In this document: positions 26,623 to 35,302 of the stretch, one piece after another
Numbering within the stretch: the first letter of the stretch is position 1
Layout: each line of letters opens with the position of its first letter
Assembly (NCBI RefSeq): GCF_964245895.1
Contig: NZ_CAXTOQ010000003.1
Coordinates: 3,187 to 67,186, forward strand
Reading direction: 5' to 3'
From: an uncultured Amnibacterium sp.
GTDB lineage: Bacteria > Actinomycetota > Actinomycetes > Actinomycetales > Microbacteriaceae
DNA length: 64,000 bases
The notes under the pieces: model-generated
Told to the model about the DNA's origin: nothing
Database searches by the model: none
The model's input: only the letters and a program-made list of their open reading frames with translations
Made by a program: the position numbers and the translations under genes

Positions 26623-27261
26623 TCAGTCGGCGGTCGGCGCCGCGGTCGCCGACCGGTGGACCAGGGCGAACGGGTCCCGCGCCGGATCGCGCTGCACCTC
26701 GAGCTCGACGTGGGTGGTGATGCGGTCGGCGACCTCGTCGCCGTGCAGGTGCCGGATGAGCGCGGCGGTCATGTCCATCCCCGCCGCGACGCCGGACGAC
26801 GTCCACCGGTCGCCGTCCTCGACCCAGCGCGCCTGCCGCTGCCAGTCGACCCGGTCGCTGCGCGAGGCGGACCAGTCGAAGGCCAGCTTGTTGGAGGTGG
26901 CCCGGCGGCCGTCGAGCAGACCGGCGGCGGCGAGCAGACCGGACCCGGTGCAGACCGAGGTCACCAGGGAGGCGGACAGCCCGAAGGTGCGGAGCCAGTC
27001 GAGGAAGCCGGGGTCCTCCGCGAGTCGCCGCGTGCCGATCCCGCCCGGCACGAGCACGATGTCGGCCGGCGCCGCGTCGGAGTAGGCGTCGGTCACGGTG
27101 ACGGCGATCCCCTGCGAGCTGCGCACCAGGTCCCGCGTCGGGCCGAGGAACCGCAGCTCGAACAGCTCGGGCGCGGCGGCGAGCAGCTCGACCGGCCCGA
27201 ACACGTCGAGCAGCTCGAACCCGTCGAACAGCACCACGGCGACGCTTCGTCGATCCGTCAT
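26623..27261 (-). CDS. DJ-1/PfpI family protein
   Basis: LFDGFELLDVFGP, LVPGGIG, SVCTGS, TSSGVAAGMD; start MTDRRSV. Confidence 0.9.
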   Translation of the reverse strand: MTDRRSVAVVLFDGFELLDVFGPVELLAAAPELFELRFLGPTRDLVRSSQGIAVTVTDAYSDAAPADIVLVPGGIGTRRLAEDPGFLDWLRTFGLSASLVTSVCTGSGLLAAAGLLDGRRATSNKLAFDWSASRSDRVDWQRQARWVEDGDRWTSSGVAAGMDMTAALIRHLHGDEVADRITTHVELEVQRDPARDPFALVHRSATAAPTAD

Positions 27262-27392
27262 CCCCAGGTCCTTTCCCGCGCGGAGCCGCATCGGGCCCCT
27301 CGTCGGCTCGCCGCCATCGTCGATCCGTCACCGTCGGACCGAGCCGATTCCGACGTTCCACACCTATTGTCGCGAGTCGAGGAGGAACGGCG

Positions 27393-28322
27393 ATGCCTGT
27401 GCTGCACCGGACGATCGACACGTCGGACCTCGACGAGGCGGTCGAGGTGTTCAGCGCCGCGTTCAGCGGAGGCGGCCTCCGCCTCTCCGACACCGACGAC
27501 CGGTTCCGCTACCAGCAGGACTTCATGGGCACCTCGGTCATCGGAGCGGTCCGGCAGACCCTCCCCGGCAGGCTCGAATCACGGGCCGACGAGGGCGACG
27601 ATCTGTGGATCGGCTGGTCGGAGCAGGGCAGCGCGTCCTACCGGGTCGGCCACCGAGACCTGTCGGCGGACCGTGGTCTGCTCTGGTCGGGCGAAGGACC
27701 GGTGGAAGCGTCGGTCCAGCAGGCGCAGATCGGCACGATCCTGTTCGACCGCGCCGAGTTCGAGGCACGCGCGCGCCTCCTCCTCGGCCGACCCGAGTTC
27801 CGACTGCCCCGGTTCGCGTCGGTACCGTCATCGCAGCACGTGGCGCTGCTGCGGAGGCATCTCGCCGCACTCCGCCACGGCCTGCTGAGCGACACCGTGG
27901 TCGACAACCCGCTGGTCGCCCGCGCAGCGACCGACCACACCGTCGCGGTCGTCCTCGCCGCGGTCGGGCTCGACGAGGTGATCGAGGATCGAACGCGGAT
28001 CCCCGCGTCGATCCGTCGGGCGATCGCGTACATGGACGACAACCTCGGCCGCGCACTCACCCTGGCCGACCTCGCATCCGCAGCCGGTATGTCCGCTCGC
28101 GGGCTGCAGGCCGCATTCCAGCGAGAGCTCGGACACACCCCGATGCAGCACCTGCGACGAGCGCGACTCGACGAGGCGCGTCGGGACCTCATGGCCGTCG
28201 ACGCGGGCCGCACCTCCGTCGCGGCGATCGCAGCACGATGGGGCTTCCTCCACGCCGGGCGCTTCGCGCGGGAGTACGCCATCGCGTTCGGCGAGCCGCC
28301 CAGCAGCACGCTTCGCGAGTAG
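27393..28322 (+). CDS. AraC family transcriptional regulator
   Basis: RRAIAYM, LADLA..GMSARGLQAAF, SVAAIAARWGF.HAGRFAREYAIAFGEPPS. Confidence 0.9.
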   Translation: MPVLHRTIDTSDLDEAVEVFSAAFSGGGLRLSDTDDRFRYQQDFMGTSVIGAVRQTLPGRLESRADEGDDLWIGWSEQGSASYRVGHRDLSADRGLLWSGEGPVEASVQQAQIGTILFDRAEFEARARLLLGRPEFRLPRFASVPSSQHVALLRRHLAALRHGLLSDTVVDNPLVARAATDHTVAVVLAAVGLDEVIEDRTRIPASIRRAIAYMDDNLGRALTLADLASAAGMSARGLQAAFQRELGHTPMQHLRRARLDEARRDLMAVDAGRTSVAAIAARWGFLHAGRFAREYAIAFGEPPSSTLRE

Positions 28323-28410
28323 CAGCAACGGAGCGAGCGGTCGACGGCCGCTCCCGCCGAGCCAGGACCGGGCGCCGGCACCTGCCGCCGAACGGCCCGC
28401 CCCGCCGCGG

Positions 28411-31077
28411 TCAGCGGTCGGCCGCGCGGTCGTCGGGGTCGTCGGGCCAGTCCTCGGGAAGCAGGGAGAAGAGGTGCGTCCTCGAGCGGGCGTCGAACTT
28501 CCGATAGATCTGCGTGAGCCGCAGCTCCACTGACCGAAGCGACATGAACAGCGCGGCCGCGATCTCGCGGTTCTGCGCGCCACGTCGAGCCAGCCGCAGC
28601 ACCGCGCTCTCGGTGTCGGTCAGCATCGGCAGCACGGACCGTTCAGCGGTGCTCGCGCCGGCGGACCGGTGCACGAGATCGACCCAGGCGGTCGCACCGA
28701 GACGCCGGAAGGCCTCCATCGAGGCCCGCTGCTCCTCGCGGGCCATCTCGGGCAGGCCGGCACGCGCGGCCGCGAGCGCCGCGACGGTGTGCGTCCGGGC
28801 GCGCTCGAACGGCAGCTCGGCTCCGTCGAACACGAGGAAGGCCGCGGTGAAGGCCGCCTCGACATCGGCGGCGAGCATCGCGCGGCATCGCCGCAGCGTC
28901 AGCTCACCCCATCGGGAGGGCGACCGCGCCACGCCGTCGGCCATCCGGTTCGTCACCGCGGCGGCGGCGGCGAGATCGCCGCTGCGCCACAGCGCCTCCG
29001 CGAGATCGGGGTGGCACCAGAGGACCGCGGGGTTGACGTCAGCGGTCGACTCGAGCGCCTCACGGAAGCGCTCGGCTGCGGCGGAGGCGTCGCCCTGCAG
29101 CAGCGCGAGGGTGCCGCGCAGTCGCGCCAGCCCTTGACCGGACCCGCGGCGGCGCTGCCGATCGAGGTCGCCCTCGCACGAGCGGATCAGGGCTTCCGCG
29201 CTGCCGAACCGTCGCTGATGCATCTCGATGCCCGCGAGCATCACCCGCTCGCCGAAGCTTCGAGGACCGCTCATCCGCCCGACCTGCCGCGCCAGCTCCA
29301 CGGCATGGCCGAACTCCCCGGCGCGCAGGTCGTTCTCGACCGCGAGCACGACCGCCCGGGAGGCCCAGGGCGACCGCGCACCCCGCCACCCGCTCGCCAC
29401 GATGGCGAGGTGCTCGCGTGCGGCGGGATACCGCTCCTCCCACATCAGGGCCAGCGCGGCGGCGACCCGCGTCTCGACGTCCGCATCGGCCGGCACCCGG
29501 TCGTGCAGGTCGGCCCCCTGCCTGCTGCCGTCGAGGAGGGCGTTGCGGAGCCGGTCGGCCCAGTGGTGCAGGGTGCGCCCGGTGCGCTCCGGCGGCGACA
29601 GCAGCCCGGCCGCGTGGATCCGCCATGCGCCTTCCAGCAGGGCTCCGTCCATGATCAGCAGGAGGCCGGCGAGCGAGAGCAGGTCGGCGCATTCCTCGGG
29701 CAGCTCCACCCGGAACCGACCGACGAGGGCGTCGACCGGTTCCATGGCGAGGTCGTCGTCGACGAACGCCCGGACCTCCAGCTCGAGACGCGTCCGCTGG
29801 AACAGCTGGCGTCGTGTCATCGACGCGCGATCCGGTGGGAGGTGCCTGGCAGTCAGATCCGCGCAGCCGTGCAGCAGCAGCTCGCGCGCGAACTCCAGCT
29901 GCTGCTGCACCGGGGTGCTGAAGCTCGCGAACCCGAGCGCGCGTTCAGCGACCTCGAGCGCGCCGGCCGTCAGCCCCTTGCGCAGCATGGACGCGGCGGC
30001 CGCGTACAGCGTGGACGACGTGGTGTGGTCGAGCTCGACATGACTGCGGTGCCAGTCGCGCAGATCGGGGTCGCCGGCCTCCTCCGCAGCGGCTCCCTCC
30101 ACGTGCGCGGAGGCCCGGACCGAGGCAGCCGTCTGCCAGTACAGCTGCGACCGCAGCTCCGGCAGCGGTACGGAGACGAAACCGCTCTCACGGGACAGGA
30201 GCCCTCGCGCGATCAGCGACTCGAGCCGTTCGGCGGCGACCCCGCCGAACGCGGGCAGCGCGTTCATCGAGACGGCCGGTGCGGTCGCCACGCGCTGCAG
30301 CAGCTGCCACTCCTCCGGATCGAGCCCGAAGCGGCGCTGCGCGTTCATGGTCTCGCTGGGGAACGCGGCCGGCAGCGGGACGGTCAGCGGCGCCCGACCG
30401 GCGCGCTGCGCAGGGGTGAGGCGCTCGAGCTGAGAGACCAGCACGCCGGGCACGCCGCCGCAGAGCCGCGCGACGAGATCGGCCGTGGTCGGATCGAAGC
30501 GAGGGTCGGGCCGGTCGACGGCGATTCGCCGCAGCTCCTCGTCGGTGAGCGGATCGAGCCGCATCATCGGCAGTCGCGCGAAGCGGTCGTCGACCGGTGG
30601 CCACGCGATACCGGCGAGGAACCGCACCGGCACGCCCCTCATCCGGCTCGCGAGCACGACGAGGGCGTCCTGGCTCTGCTCGTCCTGCAGGTCGGCATCA
30701 TCGACCAGCACCACGATCGGCTCGATGGAGGCACGGCTCACGGAGCCCAGGAGCGTGAGGATGCGGCGAAGGCGCTCGACCGAGCCGACCTCGGCATCCG
30801 GGTGCTCCTCCGGAAGGGCCTCGGATGCCGCGCCTCCGACCGCCTCCAGCACCGCGGTCGTGCCGGCCCACGGCGCGTTCGAAGCCGCGGCTCGGCCCCG
30901 CACGAGGACCGTCCGCTCCGCCCGGACGCGGTGGAGCTGCTGCAGGAGTCGGGTGCGACCGCTTCCCCGCGCACCGGCGAGCAGGAGCGCGGGCTCCGTC
31001 TGGCCGTCGACGAACCGCTGCAAGGAGGCGAGCTCGAGGCCGCGCCCGACCAGCCCGTTCGATTCGGCCTCGCGCAT
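28411..31077 (-). CDS. Large AAA-type LuxR (LAL/MalT-like) transcriptional regulator
   Basis: LVGRGLEL, GARGSGRT degenerate Walker A, VLVDDAD, C-terminal LTDTESAVLRLARRGAQNREIAAALFMSLRSVELRLTQIYRK; start could be further upstream. Confidence 0.82.
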   Translation of the reverse strand: MREAESNGLVGRGLELASLQRFVDGQTEPALLLAGARGSGRTRLLQQLHRVRAERTVLVRGRAAASNAPWAGTTAVLEAVGGAASEALPEEHPDAEVGSVERLRRILTLLGSVSRASIEPIVVLVDDADLQDEQSQDALVVLASRMRGVPVRFLAGIAWPPVDDRFARLPMMRLDPLTDEELRRIAVDRPDPRFDPTTADLVARLCGGVPGVLVSQLERLTPAQRAGRAPLTVPLPAAFPSETMNAQRRFGLDPEEWQLLQRVATAPAVSMNALPAFGGVAAERLESLIARGLLSRESGFVSVPLPELRSQLYWQTAASVRASAHVEGAAAEEAGDPDLRDWHRSHVELDHTTSSTLYAAAASMLRKGLTAGALEVAERALGFASFSTPVQQQLEFARELLLHGCADLTARHLPPDRASMTRRQLFQRTRLELEVRAFVDDDLAMEPVDALVGRFRVELPEECADLLSLAGLLLIMDGALLEGAWRIHAAGLLSPPERTGRTLHHWADRLRNALLDGSRQGADLHDRVPADADVETRVAAALALMWEERYPAAREHLAIVASGWRGARSPWASRAVVLAVENDLRAGEFGHAVELARQVGRMSGPRSFGERVMLAGIEMHQRRFGSAEALIRSCEGDLDRQRRRGSGQGLARLRGTLALLQGDASAAAERFREALESTADVNPAVLWCHPDLAEALWRSGDLAAAAAVTNRMADGVARSPSRWGELTLRRCRAMLAADVEAAFTAAFLVFDGAELPFERARTHTVAALAAARAGLPEMAREEQRASMEAFRRLGATAWVDLVHRSAGASTAERSVLPMLTDTESAVLRLARRGAQNREIAAALFMSLRSVELRLTQIYRKFDARSRTHLFSLLPEDWPDDPDDRAADR

Positions 31078-31704
31078 GGACGTCCGGCCGGACTCGCTGC
31101 CATCGGCCCATGCCTGCGCGGGAACGAAGTCCCTGCGAACGGGGCGGGGTTCGATCATCGTCGTCCGCGCGGCGAGCGCGTCGCGTCGAGCTGCATGAGC
31201 ACCTCCCGCGCCCGTGTGCGGTCTCGGACCTTCTGGTGAAGGGTGCACACGGCAGCGTGTGCACGGAGGCTAGCCTCGCGCCCAGCGGAGCGAAAGCATT
31301 CGGGGTCGCGCATGAGCGCCGAACGCATCGGCTATCCGATGGGCGCACTTCACGCAGACGCGGGTGCGAACCCTTGCGTACTCCTACCGACGATCTCGCC
31401 GGTCGCGCAGGAGCGCCCGGACCGGCGCACCTCCGCGGTCACCCCTCTTGCATGGCCTCGGCCTGCACAGCAGGCGAGTGCTCGCCCGCGTGCGATCACG
31501 GCACAGCGCAGCCTGCGGCCGGCGCGCGCCTGGGACCGCCGACCCGGCGCGATCCACGCACACGAGGGCGACAGCGCGCTGACCGATCGCGGTCGAGACC
31601 TCGACCACGATCGACTCTCGGGCGCGCCCTCCCCTTCAGCCCGCTTCGGGACGTCTCCGGATGGGCGGCCGGGTGATGCCGGACCCCGTTGCTACGCTCC
31701 CGAC

Positions 31705-32382
31705 ATGTCGTCGGCGGTGGTGGATGAGGCGCCGACGCTGTCGCGCGAGTACCTGTCACCGATCTACTCGCAGCAGGACATCGCCCGGATCGTCGGCGCA
31801 CCCCAGTCGACGATCAACCGTTGGACCGAGACCGGCGGAGCGGCCGCGACGCCCCTGATCACGACGGCCCGTCCGGGCCAGGGACTGACCGTGCCGTTCG
31901 TCGGGCTGACCCAAGCGTTCGTGCTGTGGTCGTTCCGCCGAGCCGGCGTCCCCATGCAACGGATCCGTCCCGCGGTGGAGGCGCTCGAGCGCGAGCTCGG
32001 TCTTGAGTACGTGCTCGCCAGCAACCGGCTCGTCACGGACGGAGCCGAGGTCCTGCTGCGGGCAGAGCCGGGCGCGGAGGACGACCGGTTGATCGTCGCG
32101 AGGAGCGGTCAGGCCGTCTTCAACCCGGTCGTCGATCAGTACCTGCGCCAGATCAAGTTCGATGACGGATATGCGGCGTCTCTCGATCTGCCGCGCTTCG
32201 AGCGCACCGCGGTGAGCGTGGATCCGCACGTCAACGGCGGAAGGCCTACGGTGCGTGACCACGGGGTGGCCCTCGCCGACGTCATCAGCCGTATGCGCGC
32301 GGGCGAGCCGGCAGCAAGCGTCGCGGACGACTACGGCATGGCCGAGGAACAGGTGCGCTCGCTGCTCTTCCAAGCGGCCTGA
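31705..32382 (+). CDS. HTH + DUF433 antitoxin-like protein (VapB45/Rv2018-like)
   Basis: YSQQDIARIVGAPQSTINRW helix-turn-helix; SFRRAGVPMQRIR; VDPHVNGGRP DUF433 motif. Confidence 0.8.
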   Translation: MSSAVVDEAPTLSREYLSPIYSQQDIARIVGAPQSTINRWTETGGAAATPLITTARPGQGLTVPFVGLTQAFVLWSFRRAGVPMQRIRPAVEALERELGLEYVLASNRLVTDGAEVLLRAEPGAEDDRLIVARSGQAVFNPVVDQYLRQIKFDDGYAASLDLPRFERTAVSVDPHVNGGRPTVRDHGVALADVISRMRAGEPAASVADDYGMAEEQVRSLLFQAA

Positions 32383-32392
32383 GGCTTCCCGC

Positions 32393-32806
32393 GTGACGGA
32401 GGAGCAGCCGCGCTTCTTCCTCGACCGAGGTGTTGGTTCACAGCAGCTGCCGGCCTTCCTGCGCGGTCTCGGCTGGCGCCTGACGACGATGAACGAGCGC
32501 TACGGCAGCGCAACAGGTCAGCGGCTGGCCGACGCGGACTGGATACGAGACGCTGCCGAGCGCGGCGAAGCGATCCTCTGCAAGGACAAGGCGATTGCGA
32601 AGAACCCTCTCGAGGCCGAAGCCGTCTGGTTCAGCAGCGCGAAGGTATTCGCGATCGCGTCAGCACGGATCACGGGCGAACAGATGATCCAGCGAGTCGG
32701 AGCCCATCAGCTCACGATCATCCGCTGGGCCAGGAAGACGCCAGGCCCATTCGTCGCTGGGATCTACGAGAGCGGGCTGCGGCGACTGGACCTGCGCACG
32801 CCCTGA
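32393..32806 (+). CDS. PIN-domain toxin-like protein (VapC45/Rv2019-like)
   Basis: FFLDRGVG, DADWI, ILCKDKAI motifs; 10 bp after the DUF433 gene. Confidence 0.8.
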   Translation: MTEEQPRFFLDRGVGSQQLPAFLRGLGWRLTTMNERYGSATGQRLADADWIRDAAERGEAILCKDKAIAKNPLEAEAVWFSSAKVFAIASARITGEQMIQRVGAHQLTIIRWARKTPGPFVAGIYESGLRRLDLRTP

Positions 32807-32966
32807 CGTGCCGAAGCCCCGGCGTCATCGGTCCTCCTGAGACCGCCTCGACGAGGTCCGGACCCATCGCGTCAGCAGGCGCTTCCTCAGAAGTAGGGCT
32901 TCAGACGGGGCGGGGTCCCGCAAGACGGAGGGGCCGCGTGCTTCCGCGGATCGGGGGGTATGAGGG

Positions 32967-33054
32967 TGGCGGAGGATGGGGGATTCGAACCCCCGAGGCT
33001 GTTACACCAACACGCTTTCCAAGCGTGCGCCATAGGCCACTAGGCGAATCCTCC
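32967..33054 (-). tRNA. tRNA-Ser (anticodon GGA), CCA encoded
   Basis: GGAGGAT acceptor stem, anticodon arm CACGC-TTGGAAA-GCGTG, long variable arm, GGTTCGAATCC T-arm, GCCA end. Confidence 0.97.
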
Positions 33055-33133
33055 TGGTCGCGGCGGACCGCGAGGCCGGGGAGCAGCCTACCGGCCGCGA
33101 CGCCTCCGTGCGCCGTCCGGTACGCTCGTCTTC

Positions 33134-33222
33134 GGCTCCCCGCGTGGCGCCATCCAGGCCAACTCCCCCAGGGCGGAGACGCAGCAAGGGCAACCGGGCT
33201 CTGGCGGGTGCGCGGGGGGTCC
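33134..33222 (+). ncRNA. ffs: Signal recognition particle (4.5S) RNA
   Basis: CAGG-GCG-GAGA-CGC-AGCA domain IV hairpin, CCAGGCCAACTCCCCC..GGGC..GGGCTCTGG and outer CCCCGCG/CGCGGGG pairing; divergent from tRNA-Ser. Confidence 0.88.
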
Positions 33223-33315
33223 TTCATCTCCTCGCCCTGTTCGCGTGCCCCTCGCACGTGGAGCCCGCCGTCTGGGGGATGCGCCGGCCTCGGGTCGACG
33301 CATAACGTCCACGGC

Positions 33316-33930
33316 ATGAGCACGGCCATCGCCACGGGGCGCACGCTCCGCCCCCTCCGCCACCTCCCCTGGCGCAGCACCGCGGCCGGCAACATCGCGC
33401 TCTTCGCGCCCGGCGGCGCGATCGCGATCGGGCTCTCGATCATCGACGGCCGGCCGATGGCCGCCGCCGCCGTCGCCGCCGTGGTGCTGGCGGCGACCGC
33501 CTTCATCGTGATCCCCGCGCTGCGGATCCGCACCCGGCTCGACGCCGACGGCATCACCACGTTCTGGACGCGCCGCCGATTCCTCCACGTCGACCGCGAC
33601 CAGGTGAGCCGCGCCGTCGTCCGCACGATCTACAACGGCGACGGGATCAGCACGAACCGGCACCTGTTCCTGCTGGACGACGAGGACCGCGCGATCTTCC
33701 GCATGTCGAGCCGCTGGTGGACCGACGAGCAGCTGCTGACGGTCGCGCACCACTTCTCGGTGCCGCTGGACTCCCAGCCGCACCCCGTCCACCTGGCCGA
33801 GGTGCGCCGCACCGCTCCCGACCAGCTGCGGTGGAGCGAGCGGCACCGCGTGCTCGCGGTCGGCGGGACGATCGCCGGAGGCTTCCTGATCTGCCTGGCG
33901 TTCGCCTGGCTCGTCACCGCCGCGATCTGA
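33316..33930 (+). CDS. Membrane protein with PH-like domain
   Basis: Start MSTAIATG; two N-terminal TM helices, beta-rich middle, C-terminal TM. Confidence 0.65.
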   Translation: MSTAIATGRTLRPLRHLPWRSTAAGNIALFAPGGAIAIGLSIIDGRPMAAAAVAAVVLAATAFIVIPALRIRTRLDADGITTFWTRRRFLHVDRDQVSRAVVRTIYNGDGISTNRHLFLLDDEDRAIFRMSSRWWTDEQLLTVAHHFSVPLDSQPHPVHLAEVRRTAPDQLRWSERHRVLAVGGTIAGGFLICLAFAWLVTAAI

Positions 33931-33942
33931 CGCGGACCGCGG

Positions 33943-35211
33943 TCAGCGCTCCGACAGCCCCCAGGGCTGCCCGTAGCCGCCCTCGGCGACCGGCTTGGCC
34001 ATCAGCTCGAGGTACGGCCGCGCGTCGAACGCCTCCGGCCCGAGCACCCCGGCACCGGCCCAGACGCCCTCGGCGAGCAGCTCCAGCGCGATCACCGGGT
34101 TGAGCGCGGTCTGCCAGACCACGCACTGGCTCTCGAAGTCCCGCATCGTGTCCTCGTTGTCGGACACGTGGTACAGGTACACGGCCCGCGGCTTCCCGTC
34201 CTTGCCCGTGCCGGTGACGTAGGTGCCCGCGCAGGTCTTCCCCGTCATGCGCGGACCGAGCGTGGCCGGGTCCGGCAGCGCCGCGGCGACCACGTCGCGC
34301 GGCGCGACCTCGACCGGGCCGCTCGCGCTGCGGACGCGGATCGGCGTGGTGGACGCGAGCCCGAGGTCGCGGATCGTCCGCAGGATCCCGATGAACTCGG
34401 CGCCGAGGCCGTACTTGAACGTCACCCGCTTCGCGTCGAGCCACTTCGGCATGAGGAGCACCTCCTCGTGCTCGACGTTGACGCACTCGACCGGGCCGAT
34501 CCCGTCCGGGAACTCGAACACCTCCGGCTCGCTGAACGGCGCGGTCGTCGTCCAGCCGGTCTCCCGCTCGAAGATCACCGGCGGGTTCAGGCACTCCTCG
34601 AGCGTCGTCCAGATGCTGAACGACGGCGCGAAGATCTCGTTGCCGTCGTCGTCGCGGACGACGAGGTTCGCGCCGTCGCGCACGTCCAGCTCGTCGACGG
34701 TGTCGAACAGGTGGTCGACGGCGTAGCGGGCGAACACGTCGCTGAGCCCCGGCTCGACCCCCATGCCCACGAGCGCGAGCCGGCCGGCCGCCTCCCAGTC
34801 CCCCGCCTGCGCGAACTGGTCGTCGCCCAGCTTCACCCCGACCGTCGTGTACGGATCCGTCGGATGCGGCTCGGACAGGCTCATCGCCATGTCGAGGTAG
34901 TCGGCGCCGGCGGCGAGCGCTCCGGCGAAGATCGACGGCACGAACTTCGGCTCGACCGCGTTCATCACGTGCGTGACACGGTTCGTGCGGGCGACCGCCG
35001 CGACCGCGTCGGGGTCCGAGGCGTCGACGCGGCTCGTACCGAACCTCGCCGCGACCTCCGCGCCGTGCCGCTCCGCGATCCAGGCCACCGTCCGCTCGGC
35101 CTTCGAGACGTCGTAGTCGCTGACGACCACGGCCTCGTAGAACGACCGGGTGGCCGCGATCTTCGCGATCGCGTCCCCGACTCCCCCGGCTCCGACGATG
35201 AGGATGCGCAC
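33943..35211 (-). CDS. Saccharopine dehydrogenase-like NADP-binding oxidoreductase
   Basis: MRILIVGAGGVG Rossmann fold, YLDMA, GMGVEPGLSDVF, NVEHEEV. Confidence 0.85.
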   Translation of the reverse strand: MRILIVGAGGVGDAIAKIAATRSFYEAVVVSDYDVSKAERTVAWIAERHGAEVAARFGTSRVDASDPDAVAAVARTNRVTHVMNAVEPKFVPSIFAGALAAGADYLDMAMSLSEPHPTDPYTTVGVKLGDDQFAQAGDWEAAGRLALVGMGVEPGLSDVFARYAVDHLFDTVDELDVRDGANLVVRDDDGNEIFAPSFSIWTTLEECLNPPVIFERETGWTTTAPFSEPEVFEFPDGIGPVECVNVEHEEVLLMPKWLDAKRVTFKYGLGAEFIGILRTIRDLGLASTTPIRVRSASGPVEVAPRDVVAAALPDPATLGPRMTGKTCAGTYVTGTGKDGKPRAVYLYHVSDNEDTMRDFESQCVVWQTALNPVIALELLAEGVWAGAGVLGPEAFDARPYLELMAKPVAEGGYGQPWGLSER

Positions 35212-35239
35212 GCGCCGAACGTATCGGGTCTTCCCCTCT

Positions 35240-35293
35240 GCGTTTCGAAGGCGATCTGGGCGGCTGCGCCGCGCCAGATCGCCTTCAGAACGC
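35240..35293. repeat. REP-like palindrome, family A copy 1
   Basis: GCGTTTCGAAGGCGATCTGG ... CCAGATCGCCTTCAGAACGC; reverse complement closely matches 58987-59042. Confidence 0.8.
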
Positions 35294-35302
35294 GACTCGT
35301 CG

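Noticed and set aside
32967-32991. att-site duplication of the tRNA-Ser 3' end
   Set aside because: Only short GC-rich partial matches inside coding regions (e.g. GGCGGAGGA near 3258); no convincing second copy or integrase in the window
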